Shown: positions 49,061 through 63,331 of the stretch, in pieces
How the letters are laid out: every line of letters starts with the position of its first letter
Position numbering within the stretch: position 1 is the stretch's first letter
From: Anolis carolinensis
Taxonomy: Eukaryota
Reading direction: 5' to 3'
Length of the DNA: 64,000 nucleotides
NCBI RefSeq assembly: GCF_035594765.1
Contig: NW_026943819.1
Coordinates: 14,744,703-14,808,702, forward strand
The notes under the pieces: generated by a model
What the model saw: the letters and a program-made list of their open reading frames with translations, nothing else
What the model was told of the DNA's origin: nothing
Databases searched by the model: none
Program-made: the position numbers and the translations under genes

Positions 49061-50365
49061 TTTCCAATAAAACCAGGTTTGGAAAGATGAAAGAATGCTG
49101 CAGTGCAAGAGAGCATCTATGTATCTAGCCAGAGAACATGCCTGCAGGCAAGTCTTTAAATCACCTATTGTTACTGCAGAACCAGAAATACTAATTCCAC
49201 AGCATTCACAAAAGATATTTCCCTCTAGTGCATCAGATGAAGTGTCCCTCAATATCACTCCACTGCTATAAATTCATCTTTGCACATGCCCTTCTGTATT
49301 ACCTGCTGCAATAGACCACACTCAGCTCTACTGGGATTTTGGGATGGGATTCCTATGAAAGTTAAAAACTGCAAATAAAGAATTTTTTTAACCTGAGAAA
49401 TCTCCTCTCTAGGGATGTCAAAGGTATTTCAGCATGACTCTATGACCAACTTCCATTGGGATCTAAACATCGAATCACACTGAAGGACCCAGAGAACATT
49501 TCAATCAAATCCAGGAATAATCAGATCTCTAAAAGTCAAAACTACAAATGTGGAGAGACAACTATAAAAAGGCCCTTTCCCAGAATCCCTTCCCAGCAGT
49601 ATTGGTTGTTCATAGGAAGAGGGTGACTATGAACAACTCAGGCAGTACATCGGAATCAGCATTGTTTAAGGGAGTGAGCAACCTCCAGATTGCCCCATCA
49701 CCTCTGCTTTGACTGGGTGCCACCCATCACCTTGGTTTGGTGGGGAAAGTTCCAAGCAAATATATCTCTCTTGCAAACTGAAATCAAAATGCAGTCATTT
49801 GCATTCAATTTTAATTCACGGAGTACGGAGAGAAGGGATAGTTTGGTTGTTCTTCAGCAATAATTTTTGCAGTCTTGGTCGCACTCCAATGTTGTTTGGC
49901 CATGGATGTCCCTTTTTTCATTTGCATAGGCTACTGGATGATCTTGGGCAAATCACACTCTTGCAGCCTTAAATGATGGCAACCCCCAGTGATAAATACA
50001 GATGGCCCTATGTATCCACAGTTCTGTATCTATGGATTCAACCAAAATAATTGCAGGGGGAATCCAAAAAGCAAAATTTGGTTTTGCTTTGGCCAAGTAC
50101 TCTGGCATACCCTGCTCTAACCTCCTGCCCTTTTGCCATTTTATACAAGGAATGCCATTTTAACTACAGTACTGCATATAATGGGGCTTCAGCATCCGTG
50201 GATTTTAGTATGCATAGAATTCTAGAAACTAAACCCCCACAGATTCTGAGGGCCCACTGATTTGCTTATTGCCTGTCCTAAAGCGACCATCAATTGGATT
50301 CAACTTGAAGGCGCAAAGCAACAACCAGATGATATTTGTTAGGTGATAGGATCTTTGAACATGTC

Positions 50366-50419
<54 letters not shown>

Positions 50420-50420
<1 letters not shown>

Positions 50421-51198
50421 GTTCCTTGACAAAATTGAAGGAAAAGCTGTTAAGGAGAAGACCTGGCTATGACTTACGAATGGGACCCTGAAGAAGGAGA
50501 CAGAAGGCCTGATCCTTGCAGCCCAGGAGCAAGCCATCAGAACAAAGGCAATTAAGGCCAAGATCGAAAAATCAGCTGATGACCCAAAATGCAGACTGTG
50601 CAAGGAAACCGACAGCTACTGTAAGAAAATTGCACAGACAGACTACAAACAGAGGCACAACTATGTGGCCCAAATGATTCATTGGAACTTATGCCTCAAG
50701 TACCACCTCCCAGCAGCAAAGAACTGGTGGGATCACAAACCTGCAAAGGTTGTGGAAAATGAACACGCAAAGATACTGTGGGACTTCTGAATCCAGACTG
50801 ACAAAGTTCTGGAACACAACACACCAGACATCACAGTTGTGGAAAAGAAAAAGGTTTGGATCATTGATGTTGCCATCCCAGGTGACAGTGGCATTGACGA
50901 AAAACAACAGGAAAAACTCAGCCACTATCAGGACCTCAAGATTGAACTTCAAAGACTCTGGCAGAAACCAGTGCAGGTGATCGGCACATTGGGTGCTATG
51001 CCAAAAGATCTCAGCCAGCATTTGGAAACAATAGACATTGACAAAATTACGATCTGCCAACTGCAAAAGGCCACCCTGCTGGGATCTGCGCGCATCATCC
51101 GAAAATACATCACACAGCCCTAGACATTTTAGAAGTGTTCAACTTGTGATTTTGTGAAACGAAATCCAGCATATCTATCTTGTTTGCTGTGTCATACA
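50420..51198 (+). mobile_element. R4/Dong-clade LINE 3' fragment (REL endonuclease)
   Basis: Encodes CRLC zinc knuckle, RHN, PDITV and IIDVAIPGD...EKLSHYQDLKIEL...QKATLLGSARI; (AAT)n on both sides. Confidence 0.8.
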
Positions 51199-53384
51199 AT
51201 AATAATAATAATAATTGCCATCTGAGCGTCTTCTGTGGACTCATCTTGTTGTGTTTCAAATAATAATAATATTTTTATTGATTAGCCCTTAGGCCATATC
51301 ACAATACCAAACCAAAACACAAGGCTTGATAAGACTTGATTACACTCTACGTAGTAAGTTGGATGTGGGGGCAATCTGGCTGCAACATGTCTGTATGATG
51401 ACACTTTGGAAGGAAACCCATTCTCACTGACAACTAAACCTTCCTGGAAGTACATGCATGACTTTGTAAATATCTTTTTATGGTAATCAGGCATTATGAA
51501 ATGCTCGGTTACCATAAAAGTGCTGATTCCCATTTGTGATTCAGGTAAATAAAGGCTACAGAAGGGAATGTTGCCAGAATGTAATACATGTATTTTAGAG
51601 GACAAGCTCACAGCTGTCTTTTACATTGGAATTTTCTGTATGTCTTTGATAGTTGCAGTTTTTCAAATTTCTGGATTCACCTAAGACTTGCAGATATCCA
51701 GAAGAATAAAAAAGCTGATAGCTGTTGATTAGGGAAGCAAAATGGATCTGTGAAGTTATGTGGCATTTACTACTGAAAACCGACTGTGATGGAGCCACAA
51801 CAAGATAAACCTTTGTATTCTGCTCCAAAGATTCCCTGCGGCAAGCATTTGACCAATGCTTTTTTTTTCGTGTCAGGAGCGACTTGAGAAACTACAAGTC
51901 ACTTCTGGTGCAAGAGAATTGGCCATCTGCAGGGATGTTGCCCAGGGGACACCCAGATGTTTTGATGTTTTAATGTCTTTGTTGGAGGCTTCTCTCATGT
52001 CCCTGCATGGTGCTGGAGCTGATAGAGGGAGCTCATCCGTGCTCTCCCTGGGTTGGATTCGAACCGGCAACCTTCTGGTCAGCAACCCAACCTTCAAGTC
52101 ATCAGTCCTGCCAGCACAAGGGTTTAATCCACTGCACCACCGGGGGCTTTTGTTTGATGAAGTTTACAGAAGCTCAACCATTAGTGAGAATAAGCAGCAA
52201 AGGGGTGTCTGTCTAATGCAGGGGTCCCCAAACTAAGGCCCGGGAGCCACATGCTGCCCATATCCGGCTCCCTCCTCCTCCACCAAGGAAGGTGCGTGCC
52301 TTCCAAAGCTTTGCTTGTTTATAATGGTATTTTAATTATTTTTTAATTAATAATTAATTATTACGGGGTGCTTTTCTAGTGCTTTTGGTGCACAAAGGAG
52401 ATTGAACTAAATGGCCCAAGGGGTCTCTTCCAACCCTCTTTATTATTTTTATTATGATATGATTATGATAAAATTGAGGCTGTATTTAATCCTGTTTTGT
52501 TTGTTTGTTTTTTTTACTTCAAAATAAGATATGTGCAGTGTGCACTGCATAGAAATTTGTTCATAGGTTTTTAAAAAAAACTATAGTCCAGCCCCCTATT
52601 TAATAAAGTTTGGGGACCCCTGATCTAATGGGTTGAACAAACTGTTCTCTGGCTCCCTCCAATGGCTCAAACTGTAATCTTAAAAACTTATTTTCAGAAA
52701 ATCTTGGTTAATTAGATTGCAAAGGCGGGATATAAATGCATTAAATAAATAAATAAATTGAACTGGATTGATATCCCATATGATAAAATAACACACCATA
52801 CACCTAAAACAATAAAATATAATTAAAATTAACCCTTAAGACTATAAAACCATTAATGCTCTACTAAGGCTGACTTCTCTGGTTGAGCTAGTCTGCAGTG
52901 GCTTTCATGTTCCTTGCTTTGTATTTGGACAATGCTGTGTTTGTAGACTTGTCCTTGCTTCTTTCCTTCCTCAAAGGGATTCAATGGGAGAAATATAATA
53001 AAGGGCTGCCGTTTCCCAATCTGGCCACTGGGGGGCAGCAAGGGACCGTACACCGGAGTCGGGGAGTTCTCTGCGGTTCTAAGGAGGGAGCCGAACATCA
53101 AGAACAGAAGAACAATCCCTGATATGTCCACTGGGTGGCGGCAGAGAGACAAGCATTAGGGCCCTGCAGGGCTGCAGAGGAAGGAGCTCATTGGGAACCT
53201 GTCTGCGGACTGTTGGGAGGAGATAAAACAGTCATGGGCAAAGTTCGGCCCTCCGGGTGTTTTGGACTTCCTAAGGAATTGTGGGAGTTGAAGTCCAAAA
53301 CACCCGGAGGACCCAACTTTGCCCATGACTGATCTGAGTTCTCTCTATCTTTAAAAGACTCAAATCTAGGGTTTCCTGGCATGC

Positions 53385-53720
53385 ATGGTGACGTAAGCAC
53401 GTCGGCGCCCGGAAGCGAGAGAGGCGGAGCCGGCGATTGGCGCTGTCAAGCCCAGTTCGGAATCCTCCTGAGGGGAAGGAAGGTCGGTCGAGGCGCCGGC
53501 AGCAGGTAGCGCGGCCTGAGGGGCGGCCCTGGGCGGTTTGGGGCCGCGCTGAGGCCTGGAGGGAAGGGAAGGGCCTCGGGAAGGAAGCCGCTCTCAGCGT
53601 GGCCGGCCGAGTGTCCTTCGCGGACGGGTTTGAGCCCCGCCGGTTTCCGTCGGGGTGTGGGAGGCGGGGTTGGGTAGGCCGCAGCTCCATCCCCTCCGGC
53701 CTTGAAGTGGGATCCATGGC
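53385..53720 (+). promoter_or_regulatory. OGDH: OGDH CpG-island promoter and non-coding exon 1 (donor after 53505)
   Basis: The only CpG-dense region in the window. CRE-like TGACGTAA 53389-53396, ETS/GABP CCGGAAG 53409-53415, GC box, inverted CCAAT 53436-53440, donor CAG|GTAGCG. Confidence 0.75.
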
Positions 53721-54104
53721 GAGTCCTTTCTGATAATAATCACTTTGTTTATTCTTCCCTTTTTCCTCACAACTCGAGGCGGGGCACAACATATGGTGGA
53801 GATAATATCGATTAAGGCTTCATGTAATGTAGCCTTTGGGCCCTCCAGGAGTTTTGAACTTCAACTCCCACCATTCCTAACAGCCTCAGACCCCTTCCTT
53901 TTCCCCCTCAATGGCTTAAGTGGCTGAAGGAGGAAAGCAAGGGGCCTGAGGCTGTTAGGAATGGTGGGAGTTGAAGTCCAAAACTCCTGAAAGGCCCAAG
54001 TTTGCCCATGCCTGTGTTAACTGTTAGATGCCGCATAAATTTAGCTGAGAGTTACCATTAAAATAGGACTAACCAATACAGTAGAGTCTCACTAATAGTT
54101 TGTT

Positions 54105-54530
54105 TATTTCGTGTCAAAAGCATTGCATAATAAAAGTTTAAAAGTGATAAAATAAAGGAATCACAAACAGCTAAATAGTTTTGGACCAAAAGCAGGCAAC
54201 AGCAATCGCATTGTCCGTAGCTTTAAACAACTCCTCCACCGTGCATGAGGCAGGGCATTGTGGGCAAGCATACATATGAGGAGTTGCTTGTTCAGCTCCA
54301 CAGTCACACAAGGTGAAAGATTCCTCCAGGTAGTGCCATCTTGCCAGGTTGTCTTTTGATCTGCCCACTCCTCTTCTTAGTCTTTTTAGGGACTTCCAAG
54401 TTGCCCATTCTTGGTTTGCCCCTGGAGGCAGACCCTCATGAGGGGCCATCCAGTTAGAATTGCCTGGTTTAGCTGCCCAGAGGGACACCCTTGCTGTTGC
54501 TGGGTGGTTCTCATGAAGCCCTTCCTTCAC
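54105..54530 (-). mobile_element. Vingi/Ingi-type LINE 3' fragment
   Basis: ORF ...LPPGANQEWATWKSLKRLRRGVGRSKDNLARWHY...CDCGAEQATPHMYACPQCP. Confidence 0.75.
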
Positions 54531-54655
54531 TAATAATAATAATATGCAATTAATGTACTGTTTTATGCAAAGGCTCTGGCATAAACCAGTACAGATAGTC
54601 CCGGTGGTAATCGTCACACTAGGTGCCATACCAAAAGATCTCAGCCGGCATTTGG

Positions 54656-55407
54656 AAATAATAAACATTGACAAAATTACAACCTGTCTACTGCAAAAGG
54701 CCACCTTACTGGGATCTGCATGCATCATCTGAAAATACATCACACATATATATCTCGTTTGGTGTCATACTGTATCCTTGTGCAAATAATAATAATAAAC
54801 CTTTATTTATATTCTGCCACCATCTCCCAGAGGGACTTGGGCGGCTCACAAAACACTCAAGGTGTGACACAAAATACAACAAATGCAAAACAAAACATAG
54901 GCAATCAACAGTCAACACAACATCATAAATTCTCAGTACCCCCTAGTAAAAACAATAAAATACAGCAATTGCTGTAGATAAGATAGAAGTATTCGACCTT
55001 GGAATTGTAAAGTGCTAAAAAAAGAGTCTAATAATAATAAACATTGACAAAATTACAACCTGTCTACTGCAAAAGGCCACCTTACTGGGATCTGCATGCA
55101 TCATCTGAAAATACATCACACATATATATCTCGTTTGGTGTCATACTGTATCCTTGTGCAAATAATAATAATAAACCTTTATTTATATTCTGCCACCATC
55201 TCCCAGAGGGACTTGGGCGGCTCACAAAACACTCAAGGTGTGACACAAAATACAACAAATGCAAAACAAAACATAGGCAATCAACAGTCAACACAACATC
55301 ATAAATTCTCAGTACCCCCTAGTAAAAACAATAAAATACAGCAATTGCTGTAGATAAGATAGAAGTATTCGACCTTGGAATTGTAAAGTGCTAAAAAAAG
55401 AGTCTAA
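54656..55407. repeat. 376-bp tandem duplication
   Basis: Identical ORFs offset by exactly 376 nt (54668/55044, 54706/55082, 54720/55096). Confidence 0.95.
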
Positions 55408-57184
55408 CGGTCCTCATGTGTATTATAAGAGAGTCTAAACATGATCGGAGGCTTAAACGGGCCGGCAGAATGTTGGATAAGCAAAAATGTTGGATAATGA
55501 GGGATTAAGGAAAAGCCTATTCAACATCAAATTACATTATGATTTTACAAATTACGCAACAAAATTTGAAAATTGAAGCCATTAATAAAAACAAATTTGG
55601 TGAAGTTCAAAAAACATTTTAAATAACTGGTTTAAGGTTATCCCGTGGCTTTGTGACTACGTATGGTTTTGAACTAGTCCCCCCTCATTCCCACCTCATA
55701 CTTCTCCATTCTTCAACAGGGCGCATTGAGAAATCTGTGCTACGTCTAAGGCAACCCTGTGTTCAGAGAATGATTACCTTGCAGATCACTTTAAGAGATA
55801 ATAACTAAGTTAAAGGGGAAAATTGAATTGATGTTTAGTTTTCTTGAATATCGAATTAGGAGTATAATAGCTAAAGTTCCTAATTCAATATATGTTTAAA
55901 TTATTAATTGGCAAATCAATTAATGTGATGGTGCAGTAGGTTAAACTGTTGTACCGACTGAACTGCTGACCAGAAGGTTGGGTTGCTGACCTAAAGGTTG
56001 CCGATTTGAATCCGCGAGACGGGGTGAGCTCCTGTCTGTCTGCTCTAGCTTGCAGGGTCATGAGAGAAGCCTCCCAGCTATCACATCTGGGCGTCCCTTG
56101 GCAACATCTCTGTAGATGGCCAATTCTCTCACACCAGAAACGACTTGCAGTATGTTCTCAAGTCGCCTCTAACATGATTTTAAAAATAGCCAAAGCCAAA
56201 TCCTGACTATAAAAATGGAATCTCATTCAAATTTTGCTAAAAACTGATACTCTAAACAGCAAGAAAAAAGTATGTCACTCCATGAAGCTTACTTTGAAAC
56301 AGGAATGGTGTCAGATGTAGAAAGGGAGGTGAATTGGGGACTTGCTTTTGTTACATATCATCAGCGAAAGGGAGCAGAATGAGGAATGTTGTACCTAAGG
56401 GCTAATGAAAAACGGCTTTTCTTTTCCGTACCTATACTAATCTTGAGCATTCCTGACTAATTATGGGTTCCTGTCAGAAGATTGGGACTTTAAAAAAAAT
56501 TAAAGAGTATTTGTCAGTCCCTAGGTTTGTGGTCATAAGGGCTGTTCCCATGACCTTATTATTGTCACTACTGTGTTACTGTCACCAGTATTCTTTTATT
56601 GGGATTTTACATAACTGAGTGGCGACACATCTGAGCTAGGCCAGCATATCTGACCCAGTATAAGGATGATGTTATTTTTCCAGGAAGCATTTAGCAGTAT
56701 AGTGTTGCAGGGTAAACTAGATAAAATATTCATCTGATGCACCATTGCTGTGTTATTTTTTTCAGAATAGCAGTTAGCTAAAGGATTTATCTGTTAGAAA
56801 TTATTTCAGAAGTGAGATTTTTTAATTTCCATCCATCATCATACCTGTTACTTCTAAAGGTCTCTTTTAAATAGCCACCCCTCAGTTACTTAAATCTTAT
56901 TTTTCTTTATCTGACCACTAAAGAATCCCATTACAATTTATCAAAATATCATTAAAATATCACTCTTTCATTAAAATATCACTCTTTAAAAAAATAAGCA
57001 TTGTATTTCTGTAGTTATATCCCATCATTTGACAGAGCTTTCTGTACAGCCTACGAAGCCAATGTAGCTACCTTTCTTTTGATCAAACAGCAGTTTTCAA
57101 ATTGCTTTGATATGTTACTATTGCAATAGGTAAACCATTTTTATTCCTCTCTCCACAGGAACCTTGCTGTTGCTGCAGAACAAA

Positions 57185-60100
57185 ATGTTTCACTTAAGGA
57201 CTTGTGCTACTAAATTGAGGCCACTAACGGCCTCACAGACTGTTAAGACAATATCTCAGAACAGGCCAGCAGCACCCAGGACGTTTCAGCAAATCAGGTG
57301 TTACAGTGCACCTGTTGCTGCTGAGCCATTTTTGAGTGGGACTAATTCAAACTATGTGGAGGAAATGTACTATGCTTGGTTGGAAAATCCTAAGAGTGTG
57401 CATAAGGTAAGGTTCAGCCTTCCTGCAGTAAAACCTTGTCTTCTACATATTACTGCTGATATCTTAATGCTCTGACTCTTGAGGTAAGTGCAGCCTTTCA
57501 GAGCAGGGACTCCAGCTCAAAGAAGATCATGGGATCCATAAGAATCTACTTCATATGTGCATAAACTGGAAACACTTTGCCAGCCAAGAATAACATTGGT
57601 GAAAGAATCAACGCTGGAATTAACTTGACACGTTTATGGCCACCTTCGCCTGAGGAATTGTTTTCCTGACTCCAGAATGGATACAAATTAGGATGAGCTT
57701 GTTTCCTCCAGTGTTTGCGAAGAAAAAGCTGAGCTGCTATTGGTTATCTCATCTACACTAATAGAGATCTGCATCGGGATTGGAGGAAAAACATTAAGAT
57801 GGGTTCTATTTATACTGTTGTGTAAATACCACATCCAAAGACCAGTACAAGGCACAGTGTTGAGGCAGTTCACTAGTTTTCTATTTTTGGTGATCTCTAG
57901 AAGCATATCAAAGAGGCTCAACTACAAGCCTTATAGCTGAAAATATTTTTATTATGTTCTGATTGGAAACTGTATAAGTCATATTTCAACTGACTTGTTC
58001 CTTATATGTGGGGTGGGAGATGCTATATCCTGGATTTCTGTTACATATATCCATGCAAAAAAAGTTTGATATAGAACTTGGAACGCTAATATTGTATTGG
58101 TGAGTGTTCTGAACTTCGAGCTGCTATCAGATCACCCCATAAGACCTATAAAATTTTCTCAAGGAAAGTAGTTCCTGTCTCGCAAGATAAGACTGAACAA
58201 AAGCCAGGTGACTTGTTTGAAGGTCAAAGAATGCTGACGCACAAACCAGATCAGCTAGCTTATTGTAAAACTAGCTAGGGCAGGACAGGGCAGGATTGCC
58301 AAGGCAACAACTCCGTATTATCTAAGGAAGGTTTGGCTCAAGGCCATTTATTAAATAGTTCAAGGACAAGTACTGTATTAACCTAAATGGTATCTGAGAT
58401 TAAAATAATCAAATATGCAAAGACATTAAAATGAGCTAAAAACAATACAAAACACAACTATTGCCTACATGGGCTAGTAGCTCTTAACTGCCCACCTTTT
58501 TATATAAAAAATAGACACAATACAAATAGAAATGCACCAATGTGTAAAGTACTAAACATAACTTAATATCCAGATATCTATAGGAGAGAGATATCTATAT
58601 GCTAAGGGATACTGAAATTATTGAATAATAGGAGACAGGTGTTTTATCCTTCCAGGCCTGCAATCTAAGGGCCCTTTCACACAGCCATGTAACCCAGAAT
58701 ATCAAAACAGAATAACCCACAATATCTGTTTTGAACTGAAATATCAGAATCCACACTGCCATGTATCTCAGTTCAAAACAGATAATGTGGGATTTTATTC
58801 AGAGGCCTATGATCATGTAGTCATCAAAAGACAGTGGAGGTCTGAGTTGAACTCTCCTCAAACTAACTCATGCTGCACTGTATCCATTGGTACTAGACTT
58901 CTAAAACACAAATATGATTGCTGAATGAATCCATATACCTGTCCATAACTAAAGCATGAAGGTGTATGTATATTGGTCTGAATCACAAACATGCATGTAA
59001 GAATCCCTGTCAGCTATGCATGATGTGTTAATTACAGATATAATTTACGTTTTGATAAAACAGATGTGCATATCAAATATCTCTACTCTTTCTTTATCCA
59101 CAGCATTTCTACCCCTTCTGATACAGTTTATAGTCGTGTTTCCTTTGTGCCCATAATTTCATGAACCCACTTTCTGGCTTGGATTTATTATTAACATACC
59201 ACCTTTACCCCACCATTTGGGACTCAACACAACTTGCAAAAATTAAAACAAATATAGATAAAAAATACCCCAGTAAAAAGTACAAAAAGGTAGAATTAAA
59301 TTATTTTTAGGGTTAAAGGAAAATTAAAATATTTTGATTCCAAAGGCAAGAAATTAAACAAGCACACTCATAAAAACTCTTTCCTTGTTCTATCACTTGG
59401 CTCACTTTTTCCCACTGAAGTTCTCTCCCTTGCTTTCCAACCCATCAATCTCGTCACCCCTTTCCTCTTTCTCCTAATGCTTTTGAGGAGTGGGGCACGG
59501 AGATTGATGCTCTTGGAAACAGGTTTAAAATCCATCTGGCCTTTTTGTAAGGACAGAATTATGTATTTGCTACGTTTATATTCTGCCTTTCTCACCCCAG
59601 AGGAGACTCAGAACTCCGAACATAGAGGCACAGTTCGATGCCATATAACACATAACTGGCAACAACTGCTTAAAAAGATTGAGTGGAGTAGGTTGGGAGG
59701 AAGAGAAGTTGACTGAGAAGATCAACAGTTTGGAGATTTGTTTAAAATCTGACTGGCTCTTTTGGAAGGGAACAGGATTTGAGAAGATTACGAGAAGGAT
59801 AAGTGGAACAAGGAGATCAATGGAGATCTACTATTGTGAGATAAGGAGAAAAGCTTCCTCCTATCTATGTTCTTCACACTATGCCTAACTGTATACTCTG
59901 TCATGGCTTTAAATAAGGCATTTTGCCTTACGTCGAATCCTTTAGTAAACAGGGCCTACCCTCTGATCATTTTGGTTACACATTTTTGCAGACAGTATTT
60001 CTGCAACCTTCTACACTGCCCGATATCCCAGGATCTGATCCCAGATTATCTGCATTGAACTGGGTTATATGAGTTTACACTGCCAGATAAGGTGAGATAA

Positions 60101-61580
60101 GCAGATAATCTAGGATCGGATTCTGGGGTATAGGGCCTTTTCCTCCCACGTTCTTTTCTCAATGTAAGTCTTGCTTTATTTGTAACCTTTGTGTCTTTCT
60201 GTAAGATGAAAAATGTAAAACTACTGAAGTAACTGCCCCCCAACCCCCACAAAAAAACCAGATGGCTGGGTGGAGGGTAGAAATCAAGAAAACCATGCTG
60301 AGGGTAAGAACTGAAACCAAAACATAGAAATGGTACTGGCTGCGAGCTTCTGGGAGTTGTAGTTTAAAAATAATGTTTCAAGCCGTAAGCCTAAAACACC
60401 ACTTTACACAAATGCCACTGCTTTAACTATTTGGTGAGATTTGCAAGTTGGGAGAGGAAGAAGACTACACAACCCGTCGGTTGGAGGTTATATTTTGAAT
60501 ATCATTAGGAGATATTGTCCATAGCTGTGAATACAGAGGTACGAAAATGTTCAACAACGTTTATGCAATTCCAAGAGATGTATATTTTGGTATGTGCTGC
60601 GGTTTGATTGCAGGACCCCCATGAATACCAAAATCCATGGAGGCTCCAGCCCCATTGTATACAGTAACTAGCTGTGACCGGCCACACGTTGCTGTGGCGA
60701 AGTATGGTGGTATGGGAAATAAAGTATTGAGGAATTGGTGGTAGTTAAGGTAAAGGGTAAAGGTTTTCCCCTGACATTAAGTCCAGTCGTGGCTGACTCT
60801 GGGGGTTGGTGCTCATTTCCATTTCTAAGGCGAAGAGGTGGCGTTGTCCGTAGATTCCTCCAAGGTCATGTGGCCGGCATGACTGCATGGATCACTGTTA
60901 CCTTCTCGCTGGAGCAGTACCTATTCATCTACTCTCGTTGGCATATTTTAGAACTTCTGGGTTGGCAGAAGCTGGGGCTAACAGTGGGGGCTCTCTCCGC
61001 TCCCCCAATTCAAACCTGCAGCCTTTCGGTGTAGAAGTTCAGCAGCTCAGCGCTTTAACACGCTGCACCATCAGGGGGTATTATTTCCTAAAGGTTGTGA
61101 ATATACAATATTTCTGGGGTTTTTTGTCTGTTGGAGGCAAGTATGAATGCTGCACTTAGGAAAAATGATTAGCATGAAATGGCCTTGCAGCTTTAAATCC
61201 TAGCTATTTCCTCTCTGAATGAATTTTTTGTTGGGAGATGTTAGCTGGCCCGGATTGTTTCCTGTCTGGAATTCCCTTGTTTTCAGAGTGGTGCTGTTTG
61301 AGATATTTTATGTGCTGCTACTGTCTGTGGCCCTCAGAAAGCAGAGGATTTGCCAGACTTTGGTGATGGGAATACTTTGTTGGGAGGTGTTAGCTGGCCC
61401 TGATTGTTTCCTGTCTGGAATTCCCCTGTTTTCAGAGTGTTTTCATTTATTTAGTGTTCTGATTTTAGAGATTGTATTGTTCTGTTTTATTATACCACAG
61501 TAATTTTTATATATTCTGATTTTAGTGTTTTTGAATACTTGGAGTCAGATTGTATTCATTTTCACGGTTCACAGCAACAC

Positions 61581-61639
<59 letters not shown>

Positions 61640-63331
61640 CATTGGTAATAGACATTGCTTCACTCTCTTCTCAGCTTCCTTTCTGGAAGAATCCTTTCTT
61701 GGGAGATGTTAGCTGGCCCTGATTGCTTCCTTTGTGGAATTCCTAATTTCCCTGCTTTCAGACTGTTGGCCTTTATTTACTGTCCTGGTTTTAGAGATTA
61801 TATTTTTCTGTATTATTCTATCACAGTAATTATTTAATATTATAGTAGCATCTCCCTTATTCAACATTCGCTTATCCAATGTTCTGGATTATCCAACGCA
61901 GCCTGCCTTTTAGTAGTCAATGTTTTTGTAGTCAGTGTTTTAAATCATTGTGATATTTTGGTGGTAAATTTGTAAATACAGTAATTACTACATAGCATTA
62001 CTGCTCATGGAACTACTTTTTCTGTCAAATTTGTTGTATCACATGATGTTTTGGTGCTTAATTTGTATAATGATGACCTAATTTGATGTTTAATTGGCTT
62101 TTCCTGAATCCCTTCTTATTATCCAACATATTCACTTATCCAACATTCTGCCGGGCTGTTTATGTTGGATAAGTGAGACTCTACTGTATATTGATAATGT
62201 TATATTATCTGCTTAGAACTGGATTATATCAGGCCCCTTCTTCACAGCTGTATAAAATGCACACTGAAGTGGATTATATGGCAGTGTGGAGTCAAGATAA
62301 TCCAGTTCAAAGCAGATAATATAAGATTATAAATGGATTATATAGCTGTGTCTAAGGGCCTTGAGTCTACACTGCCATATAATCCAGTTAAAATCTGATA
62401 ATCTATATTTTATTGGCAGTGTGGAAGAGGCCTAAGTGAAGCCTAACTCTGCCTGTCCCCTGGGCTGAGTAGGTTGCTAGGAGACCAAGTGGGCGGAGCT
62501 TAGCCTTCTAACTGCCAGCAATAGGATAAAAACAATTATTCCTCTCTCTCTAATTGGGACTTTATTTTTCTTTTCTTTTTGTTGTATCAACCTAGAGGCG
62601 TGGATGATGGGTTGTGTTGTCAAATTTCAAGGTTGGGGGGCCTGTAGTTTTGTTGTTTTGTCTGCTGCCCTGATGCCATCGCTCTTTTATATATATAGAT
62701 GATGCCATCACTCTTTTATATACAGTAGAGTCTCACTTATCCAAGCCTCGCTTATCCAAGCCTCTGGATAATCCAAGCCATTTTTGTAGTCAATGTTTTA
62801 AATATATCGTGATATTTTGGTGCTAAATTTGTAAATACAGTAATTACAACATAACATTACTGCATATTGACCTTTTCTGTCAAATTTGTTGTATAACATG
62901 ATGTTTTGATGCTTAATTTGTAAAATCATAACCTAATTTGATGTTTAATAGGCGTTTCCTTGATCTGTCCTTATTATCCAAGATATTCGCTTATCCAAGC
63001 TTCTGCCGGCCCGTTTAGCTTGGATAAGTGAGACTCTACTGTATATAGATGTGGTAAAATGGTGTCAGGTATATAAAATGGCAAAATCAAGGCCAAAAAA
63101 GTGATTGCCATTAAAATGAAATTTTATGCTTATTTCCTTTAGTCATGGGACATATTTTTCCGCAATGCCAATGCTGGAGCTGTTCCAGGAACTGCCTACC
63201 AAAGCCCCCCTCCATTGAGTACCAGCCTATCCACACTAACACATGCACAATCTCTGGTTCAAGCACAGCCGAATGTAGATAAACTGGTAGAAGATCATCT
63301 TGCAGTCCAATCTCTTATTAGAGCATATCAG
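57185..63331 (+). CDS. OGDH: 2-oxoglutarate dehydrogenase E1, mitochondrial (first two coding exons; gene continues beyond window)
   Basis: Exon 57185-57406 (acceptor boundary 57159): [74 protein letters not shown]. Exon 63143-63331: [22 protein letters not shown]...[26 protein letters not shown], phase 0. The MFHLRT transit peptide matches OGDH rather than OGDHL. Confidence 0.97.
60668..62699 (-). mobile_element. Composite non-autonomous Helitron
   Basis: Same termini as the 47986-49060 element (CTAG + hairpin; TCTATATATATAAAAG). Contains a Sauria SINE, Penelope fragments, (AAT)n and a mariner MITE. The 5' terminus is repeated at 62701-63049 with a MITE inside. Confidence 0.8.

Noticed and set aside
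53271-53792. 173-aa and 98-aa ORFs over the CpG island
   Set aside because: Stop-poor GC-rich promoter sequence. The OGDH start is at 57185.
57164-57475. ORF-track boundaries for OGDH
   Set aside because: The track starts at an upstream TTG and reads into the intron. The true coding exon is 57185-57406.
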